Shown piece by piece: positions 29,011 to 38,780 of a DNA stretch of 64,000 bases. Below the pieces are notes generated by a model. That model saw only the letters and a program-made list of their open reading frames with translations, ran no database searches and had not been told where the DNA came from. Position numbers and translations under genes: made by a program. Source of the stretch: Candidatus Latescibacterota bacterium (GTDB taxonomy: Bacteria > Latescibacterota > UBA2968); NCBI GenBank assembly GCA_965204375.1, contig OZ241986.1, forward strand, positions 992,001-1,056,000, written 5' to 3'. The first letter of the stretch is position 1; each line of letters opens with the position of its first letter.

Positions 29011-30071
29011 CCGACGTATGAGCCGGTGAGTTCGCTGGATACGCAATCCGGCTCCTTCGAGACCACCTCGGCCCATATGGATGCTGTTTGATCCAGTGAC
29101 AACTTGAGTTGAGACTTGTGTAGATCCTCATTGAGGAGCCACGAACCAATTTCCCCAGTACGAACTGCATACCACGTATAGGCATACAGGACATCGCGTT
29201 TGTCATCGAGTTCCGTGATCTCCTCGCCCACGGCCAGGCGGGATGGATACGATGTGATGTGCCGCTCCACAACATTAGCGGGAGCCTTGGCGTACCTTGC
29301 TTCTACCTCATCCGCCGTAAGAGAGAACAGGCGAATGAGGCGATTCGCAATTCCTTCTTCCTGGTGCTCGCGAGCTAGAACGCAAAAACGAGTGAAAGCC
29401 CTTCCAAAGGACCGATCTCCATGCCCCCACCTTTCCTTCAGATATGGGATTATCACACGTGCGAGTTCCTGTATAGAGATCCCTGCCTCAATCAGACTAC
29501 CTGCCTCCAGATGTGACTGAACTCGCTGAGCGAGACTGGTTACACGTCTGATTCGCTCGATTTGGCGTGCCCGGACAACCGATGGGTCAAATCGACCATT
29601 GGAAAGTAGCACAACAAATGCAGGAGTATCGCAATCCTCAGACGCGTGAACTGATTGACCGAGGTGGCTCTTGTCGGTCGCATGGAAAGTCCTCTCGTTG
29701 GCCATCAACTCATCTAAGTGACGCTTGCCTTTGATCAAGTCGTCTGCCTCGTCGGCTGTAAAATGAAGTCGGCCTGCGTCAACAGACGTCGGCCATGTGT
29801 CTCGAGCCCACTCCCTTGTGATGGACAAAGCAAGCTCGTCCACTCTTTTTGGAAGACTGTCGTCCGCCACTCTGGTAGTAATGTAGATGAGGTCTATATC
29901 TGATATAGGCCACGCCATTCCTCGCCCAACGCTACCCCCTAGAATCACACCTGCAACGCCAGGAACAGATGCGATCCGTTCGATGGCTTCAACGGTTCGC
30001 TCCTGTAGAATGAGTTCCCAGTTTTCCAGGTGCGCTTGGAAGAGATCAGTTCTAAACAAAATCGAACTCAC
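29007..30071 (-). CDS. Nucleotidyltransferase-domain protein
   Basis: LGGSVGRG.....SDIDL. Confidence 0.75.
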   Translation of the reverse strand: MSSILFRTDLFQAHLENWELILQERTVEAIERIASVPGVAGVILGGSVGRGMAWPISDIDLIYITTRVADDSLPKRVDELALSITREWARDTWPTSVDAGRLHFTADEADDLIKGKRHLDELMANERTFHATDKSHLGQSVHASEDCDTPAFVVLLSNGRFDPSVVRARQIERIRRVTSLAQRVQSHLEAGSLIEAGISIQELARVIIPYLKERWGHGDRSFGRAFTRFCVLAREHQEEGIANRLIRLFSLTADEVEARYAKAPANVVERHITSYPSRLAVGEEITELDDKRDVLYAYTWYAVRTGEIGSWLLNEDLHKSQLKLSLDQTASIWAEVVSKEPDCVSSELTGSYVG

Positions 30072-30075
30072 TTTC

Positions 30076-30135
30076 GCATAACTACGGGATTAACGAACTG
30101 TTACGGTAATTTATACCAAATCTATGTATCTCCGA
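30076..30135 (-). repeat. att-like repeat X, copy 1
   Basis: GCATAAC core. 30079-30135 matches 47479-47535 at 52 of 57 positions. Confidence 0.7.
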
Positions 30136-30238
30136 CCTTGCGGGAATTCTTCTCTTCAGAGGTTGTATCCCGAACATGTTCGCAGATGCTTCCTCTGGAG
30201 GCATCATTTCTATTCAGAACCCGCCTCCTTTAGCACCA

Positions 30239-31366
30239 TCACACCGTCGTCTCCAAATACACCTTCAACGCTGCAGCCAGATCGCGTCCAAATACACGCG
30301 CCAGTTCTGGACTTGTATTCAGATCGCCCACATTGGCATAGGGAAACTCAATTGCCGTTGCCAATTGAACGCCCGGTAATTCACTCGCCCACCGACCAAA
30401 GCTCTTGCCAACTGCATAATTCTCTGCCGTATTCCACTCCACGCCAAAGGGCAAATTATCCGCTGCATAAAAGGGCAAGCCTCCCGTTCGTTCCGCTTCC
30501 AAAATATGCGAAAACCGCATCTGTTCCTGCCAGTGGGCTTCTGACTCAGACCCCACCAGATAAATCGTCTCATTTCGATTCCTGCGAATCCACGGACAGT
30601 GCAGATCAATCGCTACCTTCAGTTTGCCAGCGTTCCAATCCGGTACCCTTTCTCGAATCACAGCCGTTTCAATATGCACACTCTCCCCGACATAATCCCG
30701 GTTGTGATCCCGCGGCTTCCGATTCTTCCCCTGATCGCCATCCTCCACACCGTCTTTATCTACAAACGGAATCACCAGACATTCAACCCGTCCCTGAAAC
30801 CAGCGCCCCAAATCACCCTCACCAAGTATCGCCGCCATCATGCCTTCCAGCACATATGACTGCATCATCTCACAGCAGTGGTGTCGCGCCGTAATCAACA
30901 CGCGCAGATCCGCCCCACCGTCCAGCCGCCCCACATACAACATCTCAACATCACGTCCTTTGTGCGTCTCGCACAACGTCTCAGCCACCAGATAATCCGA
31001 ATCCACATACGACGCCAAAAACCGGTCCAGATCGGCCTGCACATACGGCATCCCAAAACTGAACCGCACATCATCCGCGTCATTCGCAAACGCATACACA
31101 AACGACTGTCCATCCACCGCATCATTACCCAACCAGCGCCACGTCATCCCACCGTCTTCACTCATCCCAGGACCACGCGTGCCAATCACATTGCTGCCGG
31201 TAAAGTGAAACCGCACGGTTCGGCCTGCTGCGCCACGCACCCGAAAATACCAGTAGAACCAATCGCGATCCGTATCGCGCAGATCCTGCTGAACAAACAC
31301 ATCATCACCGTCAATTCGCTCAGCGATGATATTCCCACCCGGAAAATCACAATCTATCATAATCAT
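30239..31366 (-). CDS. M14 zinc carboxypeptidase (cytosolic type)
   Basis: DFPGGN, WFYWYF, ARHHCCE, DHNRDY, IDLH, IEFPY. Confidence 0.88.
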   Translation of the reverse strand: MIMIDCDFPGGNIIAERIDGDDVFVQQDLRDTDRDWFYWYFRVRGAAGRTVRFHFTGSNVIGTRGPGMSEDGGMTWRWLGNDAVDGQSFVYAFANDADDVRFSFGMPYVQADLDRFLASYVDSDYLVAETLCETHKGRDVEMLYVGRLDGGADLRVLITARHHCCEMMQSYVLEGMMAAILGEGDLGRWFQGRVECLVIPFVDKDGVEDGDQGKNRKPRDHNRDYVGESVHIETAVIRERVPDWNAGKLKVAIDLHCPWIRRNRNETIYLVGSESEAHWQEQMRFSHILEAERTGGLPFYAADNLPFGVEWNTAENYAVGKSFGRWASELPGVQLATAIEFPYANVGDLNTSPELARVFGRDLAAALKVYLETTV

Positions 31367-31485
31367 TGAACACGCTTCTTTATGATGTCGATTTGCATTT
31401 ACTCCTCCACTATCCATTGGATCCGTCAGTGCTTCGTAATCTGAGGATGCTGATAGGGGTTGGTTTTTGTCTTGTTTTAGGCACT

Positions 31486-31935
31486 CTATTTAAGTGCAAA
31501 TTCTAATAAGGGAATAGTGCGCCCCGGAATCGCCCCTGAAGGTACTTCTCCAATTCGAACGGAACCTCTTGACAAATAAAATGATTCCGCATACGGATCT
31601 GAGTGGATAGACATTTTGTGAAAACCTAACTGCCTCGCTTGATCAATCGCATGATCCCAAAGTCTCTTCCCATATCCCTGGTCTATTTTGCTTGGCTCTA
31701 TAAATAAATCAGACAGTTCGAGTTCATTCTCTCTGGTTTTTAGCCTATAAAAGCCGACGACCTGTTCCATTTCTTCTATCACATAGACGGTGTGATGGCT
31801 AATGTCTTGTTGGGTATAAGTTAGATCCTGGCGGCATGCTTCAAGAAAATCTGCATCGTAGTTCCAATGCGCTTTTGAGCGCACTGCAAGGCTACTCAAT
31901 TTTTCATTTTCTTCAGCTTTTGCAGTTCTGATCAT
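31486..31935 (-). CDS. GNAT N-acetyltransferase
   Basis: RSKAHWNYD, LFIEP....GYG, SDPYAESFY. Distant paralog of 46935-47420. Confidence 0.9.
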   Translation of the reverse strand: MIRTAKAEENEKLSSLAVRSKAHWNYDADFLEACRQDLTYTQQDISHHTVYVIEEMEQVVGFYRLKTRENELELSDLFIEPSKIDQGYGKRLWDHAIDQARQLGFHKMSIHSDPYAESFYLSRGSVRIGEVPSGAIPGRTIPLLEFALK

Positions 31936-31983
31936 TGGAGTGATCCCGATAAGTTGGGAGAAGGCCGAACCGCTCTTGAAAAG

Positions 31984-32016
31984 AATCCCCGCCAGAAAAC
32001 TTATCTCGCAGGGATT
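31984..32016 (-). terminator. Terminator-family hairpin T3, after the PIN module
   Basis: AATCCCCGCCAGA...TCTCGCAGGGATT. Confidence 0.6.
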
Positions 32017-32102
32017 TTATGGTGTAGAAATGGTTGATAATGGCAGACTAAATTTGCTACGCGGCATACCTACAGGAGTCAATAGTGTAGAATATCAAAC
32101 GA

Positions 32103-32276
32103 TCAACCTAAATTTTCAATCACTGGTTTGGATCCTATCAATCGATCCTGATACTCTTTCTGGCGTTCCATGTAATAAGCGACCAGTTGTGCAGGATCAT
32201 GGTCGAAATGTGCTGAGATACGGTGACGTATCTTCCGAATTTCGTCTATGACTGGGTCATTCTGATTCTTTTTCAT
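32103..32276 (-). CDS. Small partner (antitoxin-like) of the PIN protein
   Basis: DPVIDEIRKIRHRISA.FDHD. Overlaps the end of the PIN gene, GGAG RBS. Confidence 0.7.
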   Translation of the reverse strand: MKKNQNDPVIDEIRKIRHRISAHFDHDPAQLVAYYMERQKEYQDRLIGSKPVIENLG

Positions 32277-32751
32277 TGTTATCTCCAAGTAGCTCTAAGG
32301 GCGTGACCAAGGTTGGCACAAATAGCCCCAGCAAAGTATTCACGCGACGAATGTGGCCAAATTTGTTTGCATTGGCCAAATGACGACAATTCCAGGTGGC
32401 CAAAAATTCGCATTTGTGAAAAGACGCCAGTGCCAAATGGATCGCATCACCTCCAGGGTCAGCGGGCATTACCTTGTGCTGAATGTACGTCTGTACGATT
32501 TCCAAAATCGCTGGCTCGATGGCCAAAAGGGGTAGATCCCGAACAACAGCCAATCGTAGTTCCGTGCGCTCTGGAATATCGCCCATTAATTCGTCCAGAA
32601 CTGCTGGACTTGTCACCAGGTCATATTGATTTGGCGCATTGTCCCACCACTCCCGAGTCCAGTCCCGTCGAGCTATAATATCAGGAGCAGTGCGTCTTTC
32701 GACGTAAAAACTGGGAATCGATGTTTCAACATAGACACGTGGTTTGGTCAT
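32257..32751 (-). CDS. PIN-domain (VapC-like) protein
   Basis: VYVETSIPS, S.AVLDEL, DAIHLALA, LATWNCRHLAN. Confidence 0.88.
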   Translation of the reverse strand: MTKPRVYVETSIPSFYVERRTAPDIIARRDWTREWWDNAPNQYDLVTSPAVLDELMGDIPERTELRLAVVRDLPLLAIEPAILEIVQTYIQHKVMPADPGGDAIHLALASFHKCEFLATWNCRHLANANKFGHIRRVNTLLGLFVPTLVTPLELLGDNNEKESE

Positions 32752-33012
32752 ACTTAATAAAATACCGCAATTAGCTTGGAAAGGGTAGAGTAAAATGGGT
32801 ATTGCCTTCAGGCTGCTTCTAAGGGCATCCAGGACGATCCACTTCGGCTAACGTACCCTAAGGCGCGAAGCCTTTCAAGGGGCGGAAATACAGTGCATGC
32901 CATAAACTATGGTTTTCTGATTTCTTGTTTTGATTCCTCTTTTTCAAACCACGCTTTGCGGCAAATTCGTCCGGCAGCAGTGCTTTGGTAGCCTTTCGGT
33001 CTCGTGAGACCT

Positions 33013-33417
33013 TCACAAGCTCGTGGTTTTCAGTCGCTCAATTATCTTCCTATCCGCCTCGAATGCCATATCTGTTGGCGGCTCATCGAGAGGGAATAGC
33101 TGGACTTCAGCGGCATCGTCCCCTGCGACCAGATTCCCGCCCTTTTCTTTAACGAAAAACCATACTCCTACCACACTCCGCTCAGGCGAGTGATGAGTCG
33201 AGAGCACATCTACAATATCACCGACTTCTACATCCAGGCCAGTCTCTTCCTTAATCTCGCGCCTCACGGCAGTTCGGACGTCCTCACCAACCTCAACATT
33301 CCCGCAAGGGATACACCACTTTCCTTTGTTTGTCCCGTATTTGCGGCGAATCATTACAATTTGGTTGCCTCTGAGGATCACCCCGGCAACGCCTGCTTTT
33401 ACGTAATGTGATGGCAT
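33013..33417 (-). CDS. NUDIX hydrolase, copy A
   Basis: GNVEVGEDVRTAVRREIKEETGL Nudix box. Confidence 0.92.
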   Translation of the reverse strand: MPSHYVKAGVAGVILRGNQIVMIRRKYGTNKGKWCIPCGNVEVGEDVRTAVRREIKEETGLDVEVGDIVDVLSTHHSPERSVVGVWFFVKEKGGNLVAGDDAAEVQLFPLDEPPTDMAFEADRKIIERLKTTSL

Positions 33418-33478
33418 CGTTAAACGGTCCGTCGTATTGTGAAAATCTCAAGAGAAAGTCTAATCATCTTCGCTTGTA

Positions 33479-33991
33479 TCAGTCAACCCATTTCGTCTTT
33501 GAAGTAAAGTCTTTGATCTCTTCTTCCAGGTCCCTCAGAGATTCCTCAAGTTTCTTTATTTCCATTTTCGGTGCATTCTTAAGTCGCGAGTTCTCCAATC
33601 GAAGTTGCAGGATTTCACGCTGCGTAACATAGCCGTAGCCTTTGAGTTGAGTTACAAGATTCGGGAACCCAATATACTGCATGCCCCAGTTCAGGATTGT
33701 GTATTGAGCCAGCTTCTGACCTTCCACTTTAAAGGTGACAAACTTCTCTTTTGGTACCTGAGAAACGAAAATAAAGCCCTGCTTCCGAAAGCGCTCATTG
33801 TCGCTATTCTCAGCGAGCAATCGAGTTAGTCCTTGAACTTTTCGCAAGTGTTCATCGACTGTGCTCACAGCCTTGCTAAATTTCTGGTGATTGAATTGGT
33901 CCAGCCTGACTTTCCACCAATCCTCTGCATGTGAAACCGTTGTTGAAAGGAGTACTGCAAGTAGGGTGAAAGCAAGAATACGATTGTCCAT
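33479..33991 (-). CDS. Secreted hypothetical protein with C-terminal coiled coil
   Basis: Signal peptide MDNRILAFTLLAVLLSTTVSHA, GGAGG RBS. The only full copy of four. Confidence 0.75.
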   Translation of the reverse strand: MDNRILAFTLLAVLLSTTVSHAEDWWKVRLDQFNHQKFSKAVSTVDEHLRKVQGLTRLLAENSDNERFRKQGFIFVSQVPKEKFVTFKVEGQKLAQYTILNWGMQYIGFPNLVTQLKGYGYVTQREILQLRLENSRLKNAPKMEIKKLEESLRDLEEEIKDFTSKTKWVD

Positions 33992-34026
33992 GTGGCCCTC
34001 CATTTCAAGGAAGAGGGGGTCGGTTG

Positions 34027-34161
34027 GCAGTGGGGACATCTCGCGAGACCGTTGTTCGCATCCCTTGCCTGGAAAATACTCTCGATTCTCACAAGCAGAC
34101 CAATCCCCACTTCGTCGATTAGCTCTTCATCCCAGATTCGTTGAGCGTCCTTAGCATAGAG
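34027..34161 (-). pseudogene. Stub of a paralog of 35652-36371
   Basis: LYAKDAQRIWDEELIDEVGIGLLVRIESIF...RCPHC versus LYATDAQGIVDEELIEDVGIGLFVRIESIF...RCPLC. Confidence 0.8.
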
Positions 34162-34266
34162 CTCCGCCTCCACAACCTTGTGGTAATCGTATTAAAAGCC
34201 GTTCTTGATCATCTTTAAAAAGGACATGGACATCTGTATGCCAAACATCCATTTAGTGGTTTATCC

Positions 34267-35463
34267 TCATATACTTAGCTTCTTTTTCAGTGCCTCAACC
34301 ATGCGTCGTTGAAACTCTTCAGCTCTCCCATGCGCTTTTGCTGCCTTATCATTGGCCGCATCGGGATTCTTTGCTATTTCTAAAACTGTTGGTACATAGT
34401 TCTCAACATCTTCAGGCCGATCTATGTCAAAAAGCCAATCATGAAGCCCTATATCACGCCACATAAAACCTTTAATGCCCTGCTCGGCAAACCGACCAAC
34501 GATCGCCGGAATCCCATTACCAATACACATGATGGGGGAGTGCATCTCAAGCCCAAACAGTCCTGCAGACCGAATGTAGGTACTGAGCGCTTCGTCGGTG
34601 AGCCAATAGGTTTCCTTCCATACAACATCCTGGCAAACGTCCTCCGGAAGCTTATCAATAATCATTTCTTTACCAAGCGACATTTGGGAGATGTCTTCGG
34701 GACAGACTAGAACTTTCATGTCTGTCTCTTGAACAATTCTGATTATTGCCTCACGCAATATAGCATGATCGTGCTCTTTCATCTCCTCGTTGCGCTTCTG
34801 TTTCTCTACGTCAACGGGAGCATTTGGATCGAACGGAGATGAGACCTCCCAATAATTACCGCCTGGGGGAAGAGGAAATTTACGATACCTGGGAATACAG
34901 CATAGAAATTTGCCATGCTCAAGGCCATGAGCAGAGAGAAAGCGGTTGGCAGTCTGGTCGTTGCGCACATCCGTACTAAAGGTAGCATCCGGTCCAAACT
35001 CCATAATTGGACACTCAACTCCTTGGTTCTGTGCTCTTTGGAGGGAGACGGATTCCCGGAAAAAGAGGAACTCAGCATGGGTCAGAAGGTCTCTCTGATC
35101 CACTGCTATGGAATCTCCGAGACCAATGCCAAAGACGCCATAGGGTTTGCCCGTTTCTTCGCGCCACCGCTGAAGTTCATCTTGCCCTACAAGAACGGGT
35201 GCCGAACCATGCAAAAAAAAGTCGCACTCCTGAAATGCAGATTGTACTTCATGCTCTTTCTGGATGATTTGTAGATTGGGAAACCTCCTTAGGATCATCT
35301 CCTTTACACCATCTCTAACGTTTTTTGGCCATAAAACAATCTCTACTTCCGGCAGATAGGTATTGATCAAGTTGATAGTACCAATTGTATGCGCGATATC
35401 ACCAATGTTGATACTATGCCATGACCCTCGTAGAAGAATTCGAGGCCGTCTCTGTAGCTTCAT
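34267..35463 (-). CDS. Polysaccharide pyruvyl transferase-family protein
   Basis: NIGDIAH, FFRESVS, FGPDATF, GLEMHSPI. Confidence 0.85.
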   Translation of the reverse strand: MKLQRRPRILLRGSWHSINIGDIAHTIGTINLINTYLPEVEIVLWPKNVRDGVKEMILRRFPNLQIIQKEHEVQSAFQECDFFLHGSAPVLVGQDELQRWREETGKPYGVFGIGLGDSIAVDQRDLLTHAEFLFFRESVSLQRAQNQGVECPIMEFGPDATFSTDVRNDQTANRFLSAHGLEHGKFLCCIPRYRKFPLPPGGNYWEVSSPFDPNAPVDVEKQKRNEEMKEHDHAILREAIIRIVQETDMKVLVCPEDISQMSLGKEMIIDKLPEDVCQDVVWKETYWLTDEALSTYIRSAGLFGLEMHSPIMCIGNGIPAIVGRFAEQGIKGFMWRDIGLHDWLFDIDRPEDVENYVPTVLEIAKNPDAANDKAAKAHGRAEEFQRRMVEALKKKLSI

Positions 35464-35651
35464 TTATAACCACCTTACTTATAGGGTGAAAGGATTAGCG
35501 TCACATCAAGTCCACTGCTTGATCTTGTAGATGCTGTAAGCTCAATTTGGTAACCATCACCCAAAGATTTCAGACAGGCAACATTCGCAAGGTGTTTCAT
35601 TAGGTTTGAAAGTGTTGTTTGTTTTCGTGGGCGATATTGTTCGGTGGAAAA

Positions 35652-36371
35652 TCATGACTTACTCGATTTGTCCCTCTGCGCCAACATCTGTTGTCTAACT
35701 TTTCTCTTTAAGTTCTTCTTTCTCTCCCGCTCTTCCTTTTTTTTCTGCCGTTCCTCTCTTTTTGTTTTGCGATGCTGTTGGCTTTTTTTAACCTTCTGAA
35801 TCCATTCTGCTCTATTGGCTAAGATTTCAGGGTTACTCTTTTCGCCATATGAAAGCTTGTTTAGAAAATCTATAATTTCATGCTGTCTTCCTCCAATTAA
35901 ATCTGTGGCTCCAGGCCGAGTCAGTCCTCCCTCAAGTTCCCAATGATACCTATGAATCAAGGTGTCTATGAGGATCATCTTCTCTCTTGGAGATCTCGCA
36001 GTCTGGTATTTCTGGAGGAACTCTTGGAGAAAGACTGTGAGACCAGAGGCAGCAAGATGCTTACCTTGTTTGGCTTTATGATACTCGCCCCAGGTGAGTT
36101 CCCAGTTGCACGATTCGCATCTCAGAATCGTATCCTTCATACCGTCGTGGTCTATCTGGCGATCACATAATGGACATCTTGCTCGCCCAGCACTGGCTTC
36201 TCGTGCTTTGAAAATGCTTTCGATACGAACGAAGAGTCCAATCCCCACGTCTTCAATAAGCTCTTCGTCTACTATGCCCTGTGCATCAGTTGCATAAAGG
36301 CGGGCTATTTTTTCTCTTGGAACTCGACTTGCCCAAGTTGGCCTGTCGTGTCTTGGTTTCGGGTTGCTCAT
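35652..36371 (-). CDS. Hypothetical zinc-ribbon protein
   Basis: CPLC...CESC and a basic C-terminal coil. Confidence 0.75.
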   Translation of the reverse strand: MSNPKPRHDRPTWASRVPREKIARLYATDAQGIVDEELIEDVGIGLFVRIESIFKAREASAGRARCPLCDRQIDHDGMKDTILRCESCNWELTWGEYHKAKQGKHLAASGLTVFLQEFLQKYQTARSPREKMILIDTLIHRYHWELEGGLTRPGATDLIGGRQHEIIDFLNKLSYGEKSNPEILANRAEWIQKVKKSQQHRKTKREERQKKKEERERKKNLKRKVRQQMLAQRDKSSKS

Positions 36372-36536
36372 GTATTCCTTAGAGATTTTTCAGGTTGGTC
36401 GATTTGGTGACAAACTCGAAGAACTGGATCTTTGCGATATCCCGATTTGTCACCCGGAAATAGCCATATTTGGGGTTGATATTGGCACTTGTAATCTTGC
36501 ACCGCCTTTTGAGCGAATGTCGAATCCTGTCCAAAG

Positions 36537-37136
36537 TTAATGCTCAAATAAGATGGCCCCAACAGCGTCGAGTCGATATTGGTCGCCATCGTATGCAATC
36601 GTCGTAACGGAGCATTCACGCACTACTTCACCACTGTATGGGGCATTGCAGAATTTCGGACTGATGTAACTCAGTTCTTCAGACGAAAAAACGTTGAGAA
36701 GGAAGTCTGCTAAGACACCGCCATGGGTCACCCCGATCACAGTATCTTTGGATGACTGAAGATAGCAATCGGAAACAAATGCCTCAATGCGTCTGCCAGC
36801 CTCAATGCTTGAATCGCCAACACTGGGTCGGTAATCTCGTTCTGTGTTACAACGTTCCCACTAAGCCATGAATGTATCGAAAGATTGTCCTTCGATGTCA
36901 CCCCAATTCATTCGTTCACGTAGCCGTGAATCTTCAGTAACTTCGAGATTCAAAATGGCGGCGATGATCTCTGCTGTCTCTCTTGTTCGCGCCAGTGGAC
37001 TGCTGAAGATTCGTGCGATGCCGTTTGATGCTAACTTCCTGGCGAGTCGTTCTGCTTCTTCTCGACCCTCTGATGTCAATGAAGGATCGCCGATCTTGCG
37101 ATTTCTCTTACCGTGGCGAATAAAGTGAAAACGCAT
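36537..37136 (-). pseudogene. Histidine phosphatase copy with a nonsense codon
   Basis: Colinear with 43626-44225. CAG is changed to TAG at 36861-36863. Confidence 0.88.
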
Positions 37137-37166
37137 TAACGCTGCCTGTCTTTCGAGTTTTTTTGT

Positions 37167-37232
37167 GCATAATTTGTCGGAGTGAGGGGAATACTTGCGC
37201 CGCTTGCGTGTAACGTTCCGGTCGTGTTAGCC
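37167..37232 (-). repeat. attC-like site (probably hybrid)
   Basis: GCATAAT...GTTAGCC. The GNAT stop TAA lies inside the R'' box. The arms pair only partly. Confidence 0.55.
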
Positions 37233-37751
37233 GAAGCTGCCAGTCTCTGCAACAAACCGGTTCCTGTTCGTCTCGATATTGTAATCAGAGAATCGCATTC
37301 CAGCCTTCTCAAGAACTCGGTTGGATGCTTTGTTTTCTGGCATGGCCGTGGCGACGACGCGTTTGATGGGTGTTTCGTCAAGTATGTAATCAATAGCAGT
37401 TCGGGCAAATTCAGTCGCAAAGCCCTCTCCCCAGAACGGCTTTCTTATCATATAGATAAGGTCACCCTCTTCGGAATCCGGATCGTGAAGCATGTACGTA
37501 AGGGTGCCCAACCCCACGACTTCTCCATCCGATTTCCGAACCAGCAGTCCGGGACCCCATCCGTGCAGGTCGCAGTGCCGAATGCAGGAATCAAGCCACG
37601 CTCGCGCTTCGGCTGCCGACAGCGGCTTGCATTCGCCGAAATGCCTCATCATCTCTCCATCTCCGAAGATCTCCTCGAAGATCGCAAGATCGTCAGGAGT
37701 ACATTGCCGGAGAATAAGTCTATTTGTCTCAAGTAGGCACTTGCATCCCAC
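37227..37751 (-). CDS. GNAT, RimJ/RimL family
   Basis: LETNRLILR, FWGEGFATE, N.ASNRVLEKAGM. Confidence 0.9.
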   Translation of the reverse strand: MGCKCLLETNRLILRQCTPDDLAIFEEIFGDGEMMRHFGECKPLSAAEARAWLDSCIRHCDLHGWGPGLLVRKSDGEVVGLGTLTYMLHDPDSEEGDLIYMIRKPFWGEGFATEFARTAIDYILDETPIKRVVATAMPENKASNRVLEKAGMRFSDYNIETNRNRFVAETGSFG

Positions 37752-37837
37752 AAGTCTATTCCTTTTTTTAAAATCACGCTTTGCGGCAAATTCGTCCGGC
37801 AGCAGTGCTTTGGTAGCCTTTCGGTCTCATGAGACCT

Positions 37838-38242
37838 TCACAAGCTCGTAGTTTTCAGTCGCTCAATTATCTTCCTATCCGCCTCGAATGCCATATCTGT
37901 TGGTGGCTCCTCAAGAGAGAATAGCTGGACTTCAGCGGCATCGTCCCCTGCGACCAGATTCCCGCCCTTTTCTTTAACGAAAAACCATACTCCTACCACA
38001 CTCCGCTCAGGCGAGTGATGAGTCGAGAGCACATCTACAATATCACCGACTTCTACATCCAGGCCAGTCTCTTCCTTAATCTCACGCCTCACGGCAGTTC
38101 GGACGTCCTCACCAACCTCAACATTCCCGCAAGGGATACACCACTTCCCTTTGTTTGTCCCGTATTTGCGGCGAATCATTACAATTTGGTTGCCTCTGAG
38201 AATCACCCCGGCAACGCCTGCTTTTACGTAATGTGATGGCAT
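37838..38242 (-). CDS. NUDIX hydrolase, copy B
   Basis: 37758-38422 repeats 32933-33597 (offset 4825), with 2 aa differences. Confidence 0.92.
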   Translation of the reverse strand: MPSHYVKAGVAGVILRGNQIVMIRRKYGTNKGKWCIPCGNVEVGEDVRTAVRREIKEETGLDVEVGDIVDVLSTHHSPERSVVGVWFFVKEKGGNLVAGDDAAEVQLFSLEEPPTDMAFEADRKIIERLKTTSL

Positions 38243-38303
38243 CTTTGAACGGTCCGTCGTATTGTGAAAACCTCAAGAGAAAGTCTAATCATCTTCGCTT
38301 ATA

Positions 38304-38422
38304 TCAGTCAACCCATTTCGTCTTTGAAGTAAAGTCTTTGATCTCTTCTTCCAGGTTTCTCAGAGATTCCTCCAGCTTCTTTATTTCCATTTCCGGTGCA
38401 TCCTTAAGTCACAAGTTCTCCA
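38304..38422 (-). pseudogene. 3' stub of the 33479 gene
   Basis: Encodes ...EIKKLEESLRNLEEEIKDFTSKTKWVD*. Confidence 0.8.
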
Positions 38423-38508
38423 TGTGAGCCTACTCACTGTGGAGAAATCCAAGAATGAAGTGACCTTTCGGCTTGTTTCAGGCGCTCTATTTAACAAATG
38501 TTGAAGAA

Positions 38509-38541
38509 AATCCCCGTCAGATAACCTACTGAACGGGGATC
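38509..38541 (-). terminator. Terminator-family hairpin T4
   Basis: Identical to T2. Confidence 0.7.
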
Positions 38542-38570
38542 TATATCATGAAACAGGTTCTATGATAAAC

Positions 38571-38780
38571 TCAGGTAACCCGCTCTCTCCGTTCACTTGG
38601 ATGAAGCGAAAGATACTCTCTCACCTCGAGATTCATCCGATCTATTTCGGCCAGATAGCCACCTGCCGATAACCAATAGTTCTGTGGATTGGTTTCAACC
38701 TGTCGAAGCTTTTCTACTTGTTGCTGAAAATACTGGATGCGTTCCTTGGTCGCCTCAAGTTCCTGATCGTTCTGAATCAT
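38571..38780 (-). CDS. 69-aa helical protein, copy B
   Basis: 38496-38811 repeats 23981-24296. Confidence 0.75.
   Translation of the reverse strand: MIQNDQELEATKERIQYFQQQVEKLRQVETNPQNYWLSAGGYLAEIDRMNLEVREYLSLHPSERRERVT

Noticed and set aside
36861-36863. Programmed read-through (pyrrolysine) at the in-frame TAG
   Set aside because: The paralog has CAG. A single C-to-T change in a redundant copy is the simpler explanation.
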